Positions 63,117 through 64,000 of a DNA stretch of 64,000 bases are shown here, in pieces. The notes under the pieces were generated by a model. That model did not search any database. It saw nothing but the letters and a program-made list of their open reading frames with translations, and was not told the DNA's origin. Every line of letters begins with the position of its first letter. The stretch's first letter is position 1. The stretch is from Squalus acanthias (taxonomy: Eukaryota). The position numbers and the translations under genes are program-made. The DNA lies in NCBI GenBank assembly GCA_030390025.1, contig CM059433.1, forward strand, positions 21,144,001-21,208,000, in the 5' to 3' direction.

Positions 63117-63882
63117 GGCCCAGAAATTAGGCTCCCTGGCTTCCCGCGGGTGCAAGGATTGCGCGTGCACGTACCTACCGCGCCTGCCGTTGACCTCTGG
63201 GCCCACGGGGACTTCAGCTCCTGGGCCTCCTGCAGCTGCCGGCGCGCAGTGCTTGTGTATCCCAGGGGCGTAGTTAGTGCGATGCGTCCCCTGGGATCAC
63301 GCGGGCCATGGAGAGCCAATGGCAGCAGACCATCTTTCATTCATAGATTTGACAGGAAGACCTGTCAAATCTATGAATTGAAATCGGCCCCAAAACAACA
63401 CCTAAACTTCAAATAATTTTTTTTTAAAACCATCACATTTTTAAAATAACTGTGAGTTAAATAAATTAACTACTTTAAACAAAAATTTAAATTTTTGACA
63501 AAATTAAAATACTTTTTAACAGTGCTAAAAATAAACTTACCTTTCTTTAAAGTATCTAAAAAAGATAAACCTGTTGAAACATTTTTTAAATTGTAATTAA
63601 TTAACCACTTACCTTGTTAAAAACGGGTCTTGTGCCTCCTTTTTAAAAGCGCAGCTTCTTCCATACTTACCTTCCTGGAGAAACCTGAAAAAAAAACTAA
63701 GTTCGCTGCGTGCGCGCAGCCTCTCCCGCGCACGCGGTTCACCTCTGAACCCCTCCCTTCACGAGACCGGAAGTTCCGGTTTCCTGCGCATGCGCAGTGC
63801 ATGCAGGAAACCGGCACTTCAGGTGGCCTTATGGGTGAGTACACAGCGCGTACTCACCCGGCAAGTGCCTAATTTCTGGCCC
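63117..63882 (-). mobile_element. Harbinger-type MITE, family A
   Basis: TIR ggcccagaaattaggc / gcctaatttctggccc; aat TSD. Confidence 0.92.
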
Positions 63883-64000
63883 AATGTCTTACAGGTATAC
63901 AGAAGTTGGTGATATCAACTGCAAGAGATACTTAGGAACTTATACACCCTGCATGCACAAAATTGTAATGTCCTCTCCTAGTTTCATGTTAGAACTGACC

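Overview
Eukaryotic, repeat-rich intronic DNA, most likely from a cartilaginous fish (shark), judged from SacSINE1-type DeuSINEs, an HE1-type V-SINE and shark-type CR1 LINEs. The only host-gene sequence I can support is two short + strand coding exons of CSMD1, both missed by the ORF track: 26347-26459 (113 nt, end of a CUB domain) and 50537-50614 (78 nt, VKKAIELKSRGVKMLPSKD linker). The window is therefore almost entirely three long introns. These hold CR1, L2 and RTE LINE fragments, DeuSINEs, a V-SINE, an LF-SINE-like element, Penelope-like fragments with minimal hammerhead-ribozyme motifs, one pogo/Tigger-type MITE and a dense set of PIF/Harbinger elements: a decayed transposase copy, deletion derivatives and at least three MITE families. 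Nearly all other ORFs in the track are TE fragments or chance ORFs. Most notable observations: (1) a six-copy Harbinger MITE family carrying promoter-type motifs and arrays of co-oriented splice sites, including a frame-preserving 30-nt cryptic exon in CSMD1 sense; (2) tiny TSD-flanked Penelope insertions whose inversion junction sits at a hammerhead motif; (3) Harbinger derivatives that have lost complementary halves of the two-gene system; (4) an extended Harbinger target-site preference; (5) multi-layer nested insertions. All family assignments come from recognising motifs by eye; no database search was run.
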